Virus record (IMG/VR): IMGVR_UViG_3300006922_000014
Source: an uncultured virus (IMG/VR IMGVR_UViG_3300006922_000014)
Taxonomy: Duplodnaviria; Heunggongvirae; Uroviricota; Caudoviricetes
DNA: 64,000 bases
Reading direction: 5' to 3' (one strand)
The stretch's first letter is position 1; each line of letters begins with the position of its first letter. The position numbers and the translations under genes are program-made. Positions 11,201 through 18,380 of the stretch are shown one piece after another. The notes under the pieces were generated by a model. That model made no database searches. It was not told where the DNA came from and saw nothing but the letters and a program-made list of their open reading frames with translations.

Positions 11201-11656
11201 GAATACAATATGTGTGGGGGAGATAAATGGGAAGATCTTTTATTTAATTTTGATAAAGCAATTATTTATAATACAGAACAGGTATCAGGATTACTGAATA
11301 TAGAAATGCAACCATTTAATAATCCATGGGCAGAGAATGCATACCCTATAGTTAGCCCTAATGACATAACTGTTCTTTCTAGTAAAGTAGAACATAAGTT
11401 TAGAATAAATCAGTTTTATGATATTACAAATGATAGAGGTGAATTTTCTAACGCAGAACAATCTGTATTTGATACACAATGTAATGGATACATTAGGCCT
11501 TTAAATCAAACTAATCTAAATTACTTTAAGAGTCCTACTCAGCATAAAAAGTTTAGACATTATTCTAATCATGTTTTATTAAGAAGACAAGAATCTGGAA
11601 ATAGAAAAATGCTATTAAGATTAGACAATACTAAATTATTACTATCAAAAAGATAA
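5249..11656 (+). CDS. Muzzle / tail stabilisation protein (P22 gp10-like) with an inserted VWA domain
   Basis: N-terminal FTKGMNKD, GYMRDEQYAFFI, FTFHSPD and WTISYDP...WISFHDW are characteristic of crAss-like muzzle proteins. A VWA motif (DIVIAIDASGS) lies near the C-terminus. Confidence 0.7.
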   Translation: MAKKKSTSKAKATQASSKSSSSVNTNMFTKGMNKDVTPSFEKNDTWYHAVNAANNSSDGDLGIIGNEPANLQCGVIPYTIIGAIHRYGDEWIVYSTDNISSEIGRFDDSECKYETIVNDPCLNFNKKFLISGAAKENFDCSWQVYWDDGNNPSRSMNIDDVPYIQDIVSAPGDPCIIYEDTSFLDCEKIRLHPLVDTPCLKLTKATDGGTIINGAYQAYIAYTENDQVISDYIGISNIQTIWSHRGTNGSLDIEIDGLDKDYFYFDLVLLIRQQGQIFTKLIGNYSTESKHINIDYIDDSLISIPIQEIFRQSPAYEKSEAMYVVNDYLIRQGPTEQFDFNYQPLANNIKTNWVINEVSNDYYINSGNKLGYMRDEQYAFFIRWIYNTGERSSSYHIPGRASKDYTLPNGVVENERTIISGPNTLDPAGDPLFKVYNTSSVGALVNEAQDDGSRIIARGDMAYWESTEKYPDKQPEIWNSSSHTWSNEFDPGADLCGEFIRHHKMPNEMVNPVLGLTDGTDTGIYILGVEFSNIKRPVYNDGSPITNIVGYELLRGSRLGNRTILAKGMFKNMREYDLPDSENLIGDAQGLYPNYPFNDLRPDVFHTTVRKTTGCDNGGPFSGSAISDFPPLSGFREDVFTFHSPDLMFTKPYLNAYETVFYGKITGESSGYFKPSEKHPQFKLLRNISAIISALIGVGYALRNINGTPDTKALPVQGINTAYPEWRIDERGGGGGNWNDFASSVTPGGVATASTSGNISSHTGGDGNNNYKGAGAQTDANDAINTYVSSQGGGGIGGWLGGLLDLFTGGIQDVQDLTGFGDSTKERLNQLAIDNMSDTGSTANGGLMGGGSQEGVTLDTSESNLGKLFKRAFGFALLQKNIAVGGQEIIDLLYNLNSFQEHVLKYNAYGFYNDFDAHPLNITFRTLNEAANYIGSSFQTFDQNKYKINNLFRPTTVAISTKDNISSNYGVEDKSRFALGGFFNSNGTASTPNWQSNLKNPEGPYKKPISALYGALKFNMDNQYGQLDGIKQIQQRGCVEKVDQSDPANLKYTSKALFSGDVFISHYTEKSIMPIFTDFLIGQYDGYPYDYYLRYNVPFPRFWLNSRKFDMAGMATTISSFGFNELFGGNDIDETLPNELYYLDRGDTCGWNLLSLFTSDGLNSAFAMNRAYMYSHINGVNDFYVETEINLPYRDWEEPKERRFYDKYDYNDLDDLFHAEIEKFDNFYKYDESLSPSKFISQNSTFAELQTKDYDPYVAENCYVNYPKRLIYSLRAEEEDRRDYWRQYLFANYKDFKNKVSVIKPFSKTGALMFFPYQSPQLFQGVDTLKTDAGTKITIGDGGLFSQPLQNIVNSDLSNEYGSLENQRGVINTAAGLFFISQAQGKIFQYTPGKGLIAISNQGMKWWFNKYLPSKFLKQFPEAEETKWIDNPVVGVGCQVMYDPNDDIVYFMKKDYSMKSQYAIRATLTDRLTAPIDITLGGNVVAVEIGDPIYFDDCSWTISYDPKAKAWISFHDWHPEFALPSINHFFTTKTIETDIPQCPPGYTFNSTTGLCEDIINITEPREVTVDDIPATVTGGPQNCLLDIVIAIDASGSTGNPGPGQNTLADAELTWLVAFINDPAIQAALTANTMQIGFLAWATNSAQGNPTGTGQSMLGAVTGAQARTWFQNNWSGQNGIGGQTNAQLARTNGLAQLNNKAGSAYSAAYPARSADPFFRQILIVVTDGNAITSGNNTLTPQSFNSLQSPNVIPGAGGPVNQELMSVFVGPNANGPNNSTIIDQITVGAGAGPANAYYNAGPPITPGPNQFIMNASVPASLQATAQQIAAQVCTIPFTCDCPAGYTLVYPNATNGFYTDPTGTCDDVNPPICRQVECPDCPPGPTNTTTTTLGSCPDTFPELGLIGDPNWVDPTPPLCNYYYADFVQANYQVGSFWRHNVRCDLFANYYGESFPWEIELISNTGQTVNTIRSIEYQLETFVYKGEPEYNMCGGDKWEDLLFNFDKAIIYNTEQVSGLLNIEMQPFNNPWAENAYPIVSPNDITVLSSKVEHKFRINQFYDITNDRGEFSNAEQSVFDTQCNGYIRPLNQTNLNYFKSPTQHKKFRHYSNHVLLRRQESGNRKMLLRLDNTKLLLSKR

Positions 11657-14600
11657 TGGGAAGAAATAAAAGCATAGGATTAAAAGGAGGACCAAATGAA
11701 ATAATTATTGATCCAAAAGGACAATGGAATCATCCAGGAAAAAACACACGTATTGAAGGTAATCACATTACTATGCAAGATGTGCAATATCCAGTGTGGG
11801 CTCAACCTAACATTGGTCCTGGAACAATGATGATGCCTGGTAGTGAACACTATTTTAAAAATGCAGATTATGTAGATGAATATCCCATGGCTCAAAATGG
11901 CATAGAAATTCCAAAAAGAAAGGGTGTAAGAATAAATGAGGATGGAAGTGTGTCTACACATCTAATGAAAGCTGAGACAGTTGATGGTAAATGGTATGGG
12001 TTTCCATCATTATTCCAAAACTCTAATGGAGAATGGATAGATATGTCAGGTGAGAAAGATTGGATGAATATATATAATGAAGCAAAAAAAAGAGGTGAGC
12101 TTATAGAATTTGGAGATGATGCAGAAAGTGCAATAAAGTTTGCAGAAGGTTCTTGGAAACCTAAGGCTCAACGTGGTGGTAGTGCATTACCTAAAGCTCA
12201 AGATGCTGGTAGCACTTCTACGCCAACAAAGCAAATTGAGTTTATGACTAATTGGGCAAATTCACCAATGCATAATCAAATGTTAAATGCTAGTTCTACC
12301 TCAGATAAATTTAAAGATAAAGTTAAGATTGCAAGAAATAACTTTAAGAATGTAAATATATCTGATGATGAAGTTGATGGTTTTCTAGGACAGTATATTA
12401 ATGGTCAAATAACAATGAACCCTTCACTATTGGAAGAGGCTAGAATAGGCAATGGTTATGATAGCGTTCTTGTTCATGAATTGTCACATTTTACTGATGA
12501 TGGTGACCCTGATAATAAGGGTTATTTTAAAGTAAGTAATATACCTTTATCTGACCGTAAACTAATTAAAAAATATGGTAAAGAAGGAATAAAACGTGCA
12601 AAGAAAGAAGAAAAAGAACTTAATGAACTATTATTGTCTGAAGGGTTAACGCCTAATGATAAAGAATTTCTTGAAGAAAGAATTGACCGTCTTAGATATT
12701 TAAATAGAGATACAGAAACAAGATCAAGAATAAATGCTACAAGATATTTTTATGAAGAGGATGAAAACTTTGGTAGAAGTAGTGAAAGAAACATAGACAA
12801 AAACTTACCAAGTATATTTGATTCTAAGGTAACTCCTGAGATGATCAAGGTTATGCAACAGAGTGGGCAGTATAAACAGTTACAAGAAATTTATACGGAT
12901 GATCAGATACTAGAATTATTTAATACTATATCAGATAGCAAAACCCCAGAAAGAAGCTTTAATGTATTAAACGCAAGATATGGAAAAGAATTACCAACTG
13001 CTCAAAAGGGGAAAAGTATAATAACAGCATTATTAAAACAAGCTAAAAAATGGGCTCCAAGTGTTTTTGGAAAAGCAGACGATGTAGCTAAAAGATCAGA
13101 TAATGTAGTTAAAGCTGTTAGCAATACTTCTAAAAAAGGTTTATATGAAATGTTTCCTATTAGACAACTAGATGCACCTACAAATTATGGTACTGTAAAG
13201 GTAGATGATGGTACTATACAAACTGCTTTAGATGCAATGAAAGCCCAAGGAAAGTATGCTGATGATGTAGGATATAGCATAGATGATTTAGTAGGTAGTG
13301 ATATTCAGTACTTAGGTGATGTGAGTGGCAGAACTATTGTTAATGTGCCATTACCAGATGGCAAGAGTCAATTGTTTTATAAATCTTCAGGATTGGCTGG
13401 TAAAAGAGGAAGTGGTGTAGGAGGCACATCAGAAGGATTATGGCAACCCTATGGGGGTCATGCATCTGTTAGTGATTTTCCAGGCCGTGGTTATGTAGAG
13501 AATTGGTTTATAAAAGATTCAGGTTATGCAGACTATTATGGTAGTGAATCATTTAAAAACATAGCTAATAAATTAGGTGAAATAGGAAAAGAACAAGGAT
13601 GGGATATGTCTAATCAAATACTAAAAAGTAAATTGAAGTATGGTGGAGAAGATCTACCAAAAGCTCAACGTGGGTTAATTAAACAGCTCATAAAAAGTGG
13701 AGCTAAATATGCAGATGAGATTATACCAACAATAAAAAATTATTTTAAAGGCGTTGATGATGCAGGTGAATTTGTATCTGAAATTAATTGGGGTAAATGG
13801 AATAAAACAATACCAGATAATAAACCCCTCATGGAAGAGTATGCAACAATTGAAAAGGTTGGTAAAGCAAAAGGTACTTGGATGAAGAATCCTGATGGCT
13901 CTAAGTTTACAGGTACACCTGAGCAATGGGTACAACAACAAAGTAGTAATTATAAAGCAGCTTTTGGTGAAAGTAAATTATTAAATCCTGATGGCTCACC
14001 TATGAAACTTTATCATGGATCACCTAAAAAGTTTGATGCTTTTGATGAGTCAATGTATCAATTAGGTGACTCAGGTTATTCTGGAGCAGGGATATATACA
14101 ACACCTAGTAAAACAACCGCAAATAGTTATACAATATCTGGCAAAAGATTTCATGATGGAGAAATTGAGCCTACTCTTTATGAATTATATGGAAGGGGAA
14201 ATAATCCTATAACGTCAAAGCAATTAATAGATAACTCTGGGGGAGATATAGGATTTGGTAAAGTTGGAGAATTAATTGATAAAAATTTACCTACAAGTCT
14301 TTTTAATTTTCATAGAAAAGGAGCTCCAAGAGTAGATCAGCTTTTACAATATGATGTTGCAATAAAAAATCAAAATAGAGGTATAAGTAATATTAGGCCA
14401 ATTGAAAATGCTTGGGAAATTGTTTTTCCATCTAATAAACAATTAAAATCAGCAGTAGGTAACAATGGTATGTTTGATATGACTGACCCCAATATATATA
14501 AACAAAATGGTGGAGAGTATGATCCATATTTTGATATTGATGATAAGTCTAAACAAAGAAGAGAAAGATTAAATGCTGCATTAAAGAGAGTAGTTGCTAA

Positions 14601-15219
14601 TTCAGATAATGATTCAGATTTAGAAGCATTGTTGTTAATGACTGCTGCTATGGAAAATTCATTTGGTGGAAATTCTGATGCATATGGTAGAAATTATACA
14701 AGAGGACCAATGTCTATAGATGATGCAGCCTACAATGATTTGTTTGATCCTAGAGGTGAAAATAACAGATACACAGCTCAACAAAAAAAGATGTTTGATT
14801 GGTTAAGTTCAATGGGTTTAGATCCTACAAATATGAACAATGCATTAAAAGCAGGAGATGAATTAGCAGGAATGGCTGCTGCTAGAATGCAATACGCTAG
14901 ATCTCCTGAGAGTTTACCTAGCTCACAAGACCCAAATGCAATGTATGACTATTATATGAAATTTTATAACAAAACAGATGCTGATCATAAAGAAAGATTT
15001 ATGGGGAACTATAATGCATTTATTAAACCAAAGCTAAAAACTGGTGGTGAAGATGATCCATATAGAAGATATAAGAAATATGTAAATGGTGGGTTTGTTG
15101 GATCAGATGAAGATAAAAAAAATTATGATAAAATAAATAGAATCAATTATGCAGATGCTAAAGCAGTAGGTATGACTCCTGCAAATTACATAATGACTGA
15201 GTTATCTAAGCGTTCTTAA
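11656..15219 (+). CDS. Modular (polyvalent) virion cargo protein with zincin-like, ADP-ribosyltransferase-like and lysozyme-like modules
   Basis: VLVHELSH (HExxH); LYHGS...GAGIYTT...ANSY (ART-like); LLMTAAMENSFG...AARMQYARSPESLP...YYMKFYN (lysozyme-like). Modules are separated by xxxGG/LPKAQxG linkers. Confidence 0.65.
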   Translation: MGRNKSIGLKGGPNEIIIDPKGQWNHPGKNTRIEGNHITMQDVQYPVWAQPNIGPGTMMMPGSEHYFKNADYVDEYPMAQNGIEIPKRKGVRINEDGSVSTHLMKAETVDGKWYGFPSLFQNSNGEWIDMSGEKDWMNIYNEAKKRGELIEFGDDAESAIKFAEGSWKPKAQRGGSALPKAQDAGSTSTPTKQIEFMTNWANSPMHNQMLNASSTSDKFKDKVKIARNNFKNVNISDDEVDGFLGQYINGQITMNPSLLEEARIGNGYDSVLVHELSHFTDDGDPDNKGYFKVSNIPLSDRKLIKKYGKEGIKRAKKEEKELNELLLSEGLTPNDKEFLEERIDRLRYLNRDTETRSRINATRYFYEEDENFGRSSERNIDKNLPSIFDSKVTPEMIKVMQQSGQYKQLQEIYTDDQILELFNTISDSKTPERSFNVLNARYGKELPTAQKGKSIITALLKQAKKWAPSVFGKADDVAKRSDNVVKAVSNTSKKGLYEMFPIRQLDAPTNYGTVKVDDGTIQTALDAMKAQGKYADDVGYSIDDLVGSDIQYLGDVSGRTIVNVPLPDGKSQLFYKSSGLAGKRGSGVGGTSEGLWQPYGGHASVSDFPGRGYVENWFIKDSGYADYYGSESFKNIANKLGEIGKEQGWDMSNQILKSKLKYGGEDLPKAQRGLIKQLIKSGAKYADEIIPTIKNYFKGVDDAGEFVSEINWGKWNKTIPDNKPLMEEYATIEKVGKAKGTWMKNPDGSKFTGTPEQWVQQQSSNYKAAFGESKLLNPDGSPMKLYHGSPKKFDAFDESMYQLGDSGYSGAGIYTTPSKTTANSYTISGKRFHDGEIEPTLYELYGRGNNPITSKQLIDNSGGDIGFGKVGELIDKNLPTSLFNFHRKGAPRVDQLLQYDVAIKNQNRGISNIRPIENAWEIVFPSNKQLKSAVGNNGMFDMTDPNIYKQNGGEYDPYFDIDDKSKQRRERLNAALKRVVANSDNDSDLEALLLMTAAMENSFGGNSDAYGRNYTRGPMSIDDAAYNDLFDPRGENNRYTAQQKKMFDWLSSMGLDPTNMNNALKAGDELAGMAAARMQYARSPESLPSSQDPNAMYDYYMKFYNKTDADHKERFMGNYNAFIKPKLKTGGEDDPYRRYKKYVNGGFVGSDEDKKNYDKINRINYADAKAVGMTPANYIMTELSKRS

Positions 15220-15249
15220 ACCTTTAAAATTAGTGATTCTAAGTAATTA

Positions 15250-15268
15250 TTTGTATATTAATAATATA
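15250..15268 (+). promoter_or_regulatory. Candidate late promoter TTTGTATATTA-ATAATATA
   Basis: Exact copy of the recurring 11-mer, just upstream of ATG 15274. Confidence 0.55.
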
Positions 15269-15273
15269 ATATT

Positions 15274-18200
15274 ATGAGTTTGAAAGTAAACAAAAAAAGT
15301 TTAAAACAACAAGGTGGACAGATGATACCTGAGCAACCTGGGATGCAGCAGCAAACGCAGCAACCACAGGTTGATCCAAAGGTTATGGAAATAACTCAAG
15401 TTATAAGTCAATCAGTTCAAGAAGGTCAAGATCCTAAAGATGTTATTTCAAGTCTACTAGAAAATCAAGTTGATTCTCAGATGATTGCGCAAGCATTAAT
15501 GGTTGCAGGAATGAAAGAAGAACAAATAATAGCTTTATTTGATTCTATTGAAGAATCTAATCAACCTTCTCAGCCTGATCAAGTATCTAACAATCCTCAA
15601 CTACTTGCAAGAAATGAAAGTTTACAAACTCAAGATCAACAAGGATCTCCTGAAGAGCAGATGATGATGCCAATGGCACAAGCCGGGACAGAAACAATTA
15701 ATGATTACTGGCAAAATGCTAATGGTGACGTTGAAAGGCAAGATTTGGATGAAGTTACTATTACAGCAGATAATAGATCATGGTTAAAAAAATTAACGGA
15801 TAATGCTTTGTATAATATTAATCCTTTATACTTGGCTGATGACGCTTTACAGGTACTAGGTATACCTGCTAACTTTATAAGAGAAGGTGTACAAGGTGTT
15901 TTTGACAAAGGAGATGGTTCATTTGATTGGGGTAATATTATACCAGATATACGTAACACTACTATATTAGATGATGATCCGTCTCAAGAGGGTGTATCTA
16001 AATCATTAGGTGTAGATAATTTTTGGGGAGCTCTTGCAACAGATATGGTATTAGATCCTACTACATATATTGGTGCAGGTGTTGTAAAGAATTTGCTAAA
16101 GAAAGGATTAAAAACAGGTAGTAAAAAACTTGCACCTAAACTTCTTAATAAGGTTGATGATGGATTAAAAAGAGCACCCGGTGAATTACCTGAGGGTGTT
16201 AGCATTATTGATATATTTAAACAAAATTTAGATGATGCAGATAACGGGCTTAGTCAAATTGATGATCTTGAGAGAAAAGAGATAGAAGATTTTCTAAATG
16301 TATTTAAAGAAGACAAAGCAGCTAGATCAGCTGAATCAGCAGCAGAAAAAGAAGCACGGGATTTACTTGATAATCAAATGATAAGAGACAAGTACTTTGA
16401 TGATGTTGCTGGTTTGGAAGATGAGGATATAAGATTTATGATTGACAGAGGTGATGTCCCATCAGATGTTATTGAAAGATTAATAGAAAGCAGAAGAGGA
16501 AATTTGACAGAAGATCTTATTGGAAATCAGCAAGGTAGAAGCAGTCTTCTTGATGAATTCTTAAAAAGAAAAGACATACCTTCAGATGTAAAGTCTGATA
16601 TGATAGATATAGATTATCTGAACATAGGAAATAGACGAGAAGACGTTAAAGATTTTTTAAAGAAAACAGGTATTGATAGTGATAATTTTCCAACAGGTGG
16701 AGAGCCTAGAAGCTATGCAGTTGGAGGAGAAAAACAATATATAAATGGTGTTTACTTGCCTGACGAAAAAGATATTGATGATAAATATTTAGACAAGAAT
16801 ATTAATAGAGCTGTTGAGTTCTATAGTGGTGTTGATCCTACATTAGGTTTAGCTCCTTTAATGCCACCGCCAAAAACAAATATATTTTTAGATACGCTAC
16901 AAACTGGTGTAAGTATGTTTGCAGATGCAAAAAGTGCATTTGGAGGATATAGTGAAAGACAAGAAGAATGGGCTAATAAGCTACCGTCTTTTTATAAATA
17001 TGATGTAAATACAGAAGGTGTATTTGAACCTGAGAATCAAATGAAAATTAAAGATTGGGCACAAACTCAATTTGATGAATGGCAGGCAGAAACAGACAAA
17101 AATGTTGCAAGTTCTAATAAAGAAAAAGCAAGTATTTTAGGTACTACTGTAGACAAAATGATTAATGGTCAAACATTTGAAGAATATAATAGAGAGCAAG
17201 GTCAAACAGTTGTTGGTAAAACAGCTGAAGAAATAGCCACTATGCAAGACTTATATAGGGCCGCTGCTAAAAAAGCTAGAGGTGGAGAACAATCTTTACC
17301 AAAAGCACAGTATAATCTTCCTGACTGGATGTATGGTAAAGATGGGGCTGAGTATGATATGGGTGGATCAGATTTCAATCCTTATACAGATAGTCTACAG
17401 GATATGATGAAAAATTCTGGTCAAACAAACTACATGGAGGATTTAATGAATACTACACCTCCAAGAAAATCAAGCAATCAACCAACACAACCCGTATCTA
17501 ATAAACCGCCTGTTAGAACTGCAGATGATAAATTTGGTGACATTACTTTACCGGAAGCCAGAGTGTCTAATCCTTTAAGCGGTACATTAGATGCTATTGC
17601 AGATAGTCCTTTATACAATGCTTATACAGCAATGTCAAACTTTGCTGTCAAAGGAGCAGGTTTTTATAATAGAAGGATGGCAGAGCGTGATTTTAAAAGA
17701 CAATATGATAAGCTTGAGTTGATGGGTGGTGCTGATTTTGCTTATGATACTAAGATGTCTGATCCTATGAGTGAAGGTTATTATGGTTTAAATGATGGAC
17801 GTTTACAAGGTGAAGCGGAAAGAACAACTGGTTACTATATGAACTTCCAAGGATCTCCTACTCAGTTTGGTGGGGCAACAGGAACTGCAAAAAAAGGTGG
17901 TGAGTTTGAAGCACATATGATGTTTGATCCTAAAACAGGTAAAGGATATAAAGCCAATCAACCTGCTGATCATGAAAGAATGAAGAAACTAGGTTATCTT
18001 CATAAAGATGAAATGCAAGATGGAGGACCTATTACACCAGAAATGAAAGCTTATCTTGATGCCCTTGCATTCAATAAAGAAGCAAGGCAAGCTATTGGTA
18101 CTAATGATAGAGAAAAACTAAAAAAATTAAGATTAGATAAACCATATAATACTAACGACCTAGCAAGAGATTTTCATGAATTACAACAACTAAGAAAAGC

Positions 18201-18378
18201 AGCAGGCTTGGGTGCAATGGAAGAAGCCTCTATTATTTTTCCCCATGTAGGTCAACAAATAAGAGGTGGTATTAATTCAATCCTAGGAACTAATTTTGAA
18301 CAGGGTGGAGAAATAGAAGTTGATAATGATACATTAGCTGCATTAATAGCAGCAGGTGCTGACATAGAAATATTATAA
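15274..18378 (+). CDS. Modular virion cargo/ejection protein
   Basis: Gln-rich N-terminus, a hydrophobic LATDMVLDPTTYIGAG segment and about 8 xxxGG-type linkers. Located in the cargo gene block. Confidence 0.55.
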   Translation: MSLKVNKKSLKQQGGQMIPEQPGMQQQTQQPQVDPKVMEITQVISQSVQEGQDPKDVISSLLENQVDSQMIAQALMVAGMKEEQIIALFDSIEESNQPSQPDQVSNNPQLLARNESLQTQDQQGSPEEQMMMPMAQAGTETINDYWQNANGDVERQDLDEVTITADNRSWLKKLTDNALYNINPLYLADDALQVLGIPANFIREGVQGVFDKGDGSFDWGNIIPDIRNTTILDDDPSQEGVSKSLGVDNFWGALATDMVLDPTTYIGAGVVKNLLKKGLKTGSKKLAPKLLNKVDDGLKRAPGELPEGVSIIDIFKQNLDDADNGLSQIDDLERKEIEDFLNVFKEDKAARSAESAAEKEARDLLDNQMIRDKYFDDVAGLEDEDIRFMIDRGDVPSDVIERLIESRRGNLTEDLIGNQQGRSSLLDEFLKRKDIPSDVKSDMIDIDYLNIGNRREDVKDFLKKTGIDSDNFPTGGEPRSYAVGGEKQYINGVYLPDEKDIDDKYLDKNINRAVEFYSGVDPTLGLAPLMPPPKTNIFLDTLQTGVSMFADAKSAFGGYSERQEEWANKLPSFYKYDVNTEGVFEPENQMKIKDWAQTQFDEWQAETDKNVASSNKEKASILGTTVDKMINGQTFEEYNREQGQTVVGKTAEEIATMQDLYRAAAKKARGGEQSLPKAQYNLPDWMYGKDGAEYDMGGSDFNPYTDSLQDMMKNSGQTNYMEDLMNTTPPRKSSNQPTQPVSNKPPVRTADDKFGDITLPEARVSNPLSGTLDAIADSPLYNAYTAMSNFAVKGAGFYNRRMAERDFKRQYDKLELMGGADFAYDTKMSDPMSEGYYGLNDGRLQGEAERTTGYYMNFQGSPTQFGGATGTAKKGGEFEAHMMFDPKTGKGYKANQPADHERMKKLGYLHKDEMQDGGPITPEMKAYLDALAFNKEARQAIGTNDREKLKKLRLDKPYNTNDLARDFHELQQLRKAAGLGAMEEASIIFPHVGQQIRGGINSILGTNFEQGGEIEVDNDTLAALIAAGADIEIL

Positions 18379-18380
18379 TT

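Noticed and set aside
15320..15680. Gln/Met-rich low-complexity tracts in cargo proteins as a repeat element
   Set aside because: This is protein-level compositional bias without a regular DNA repeat unit.
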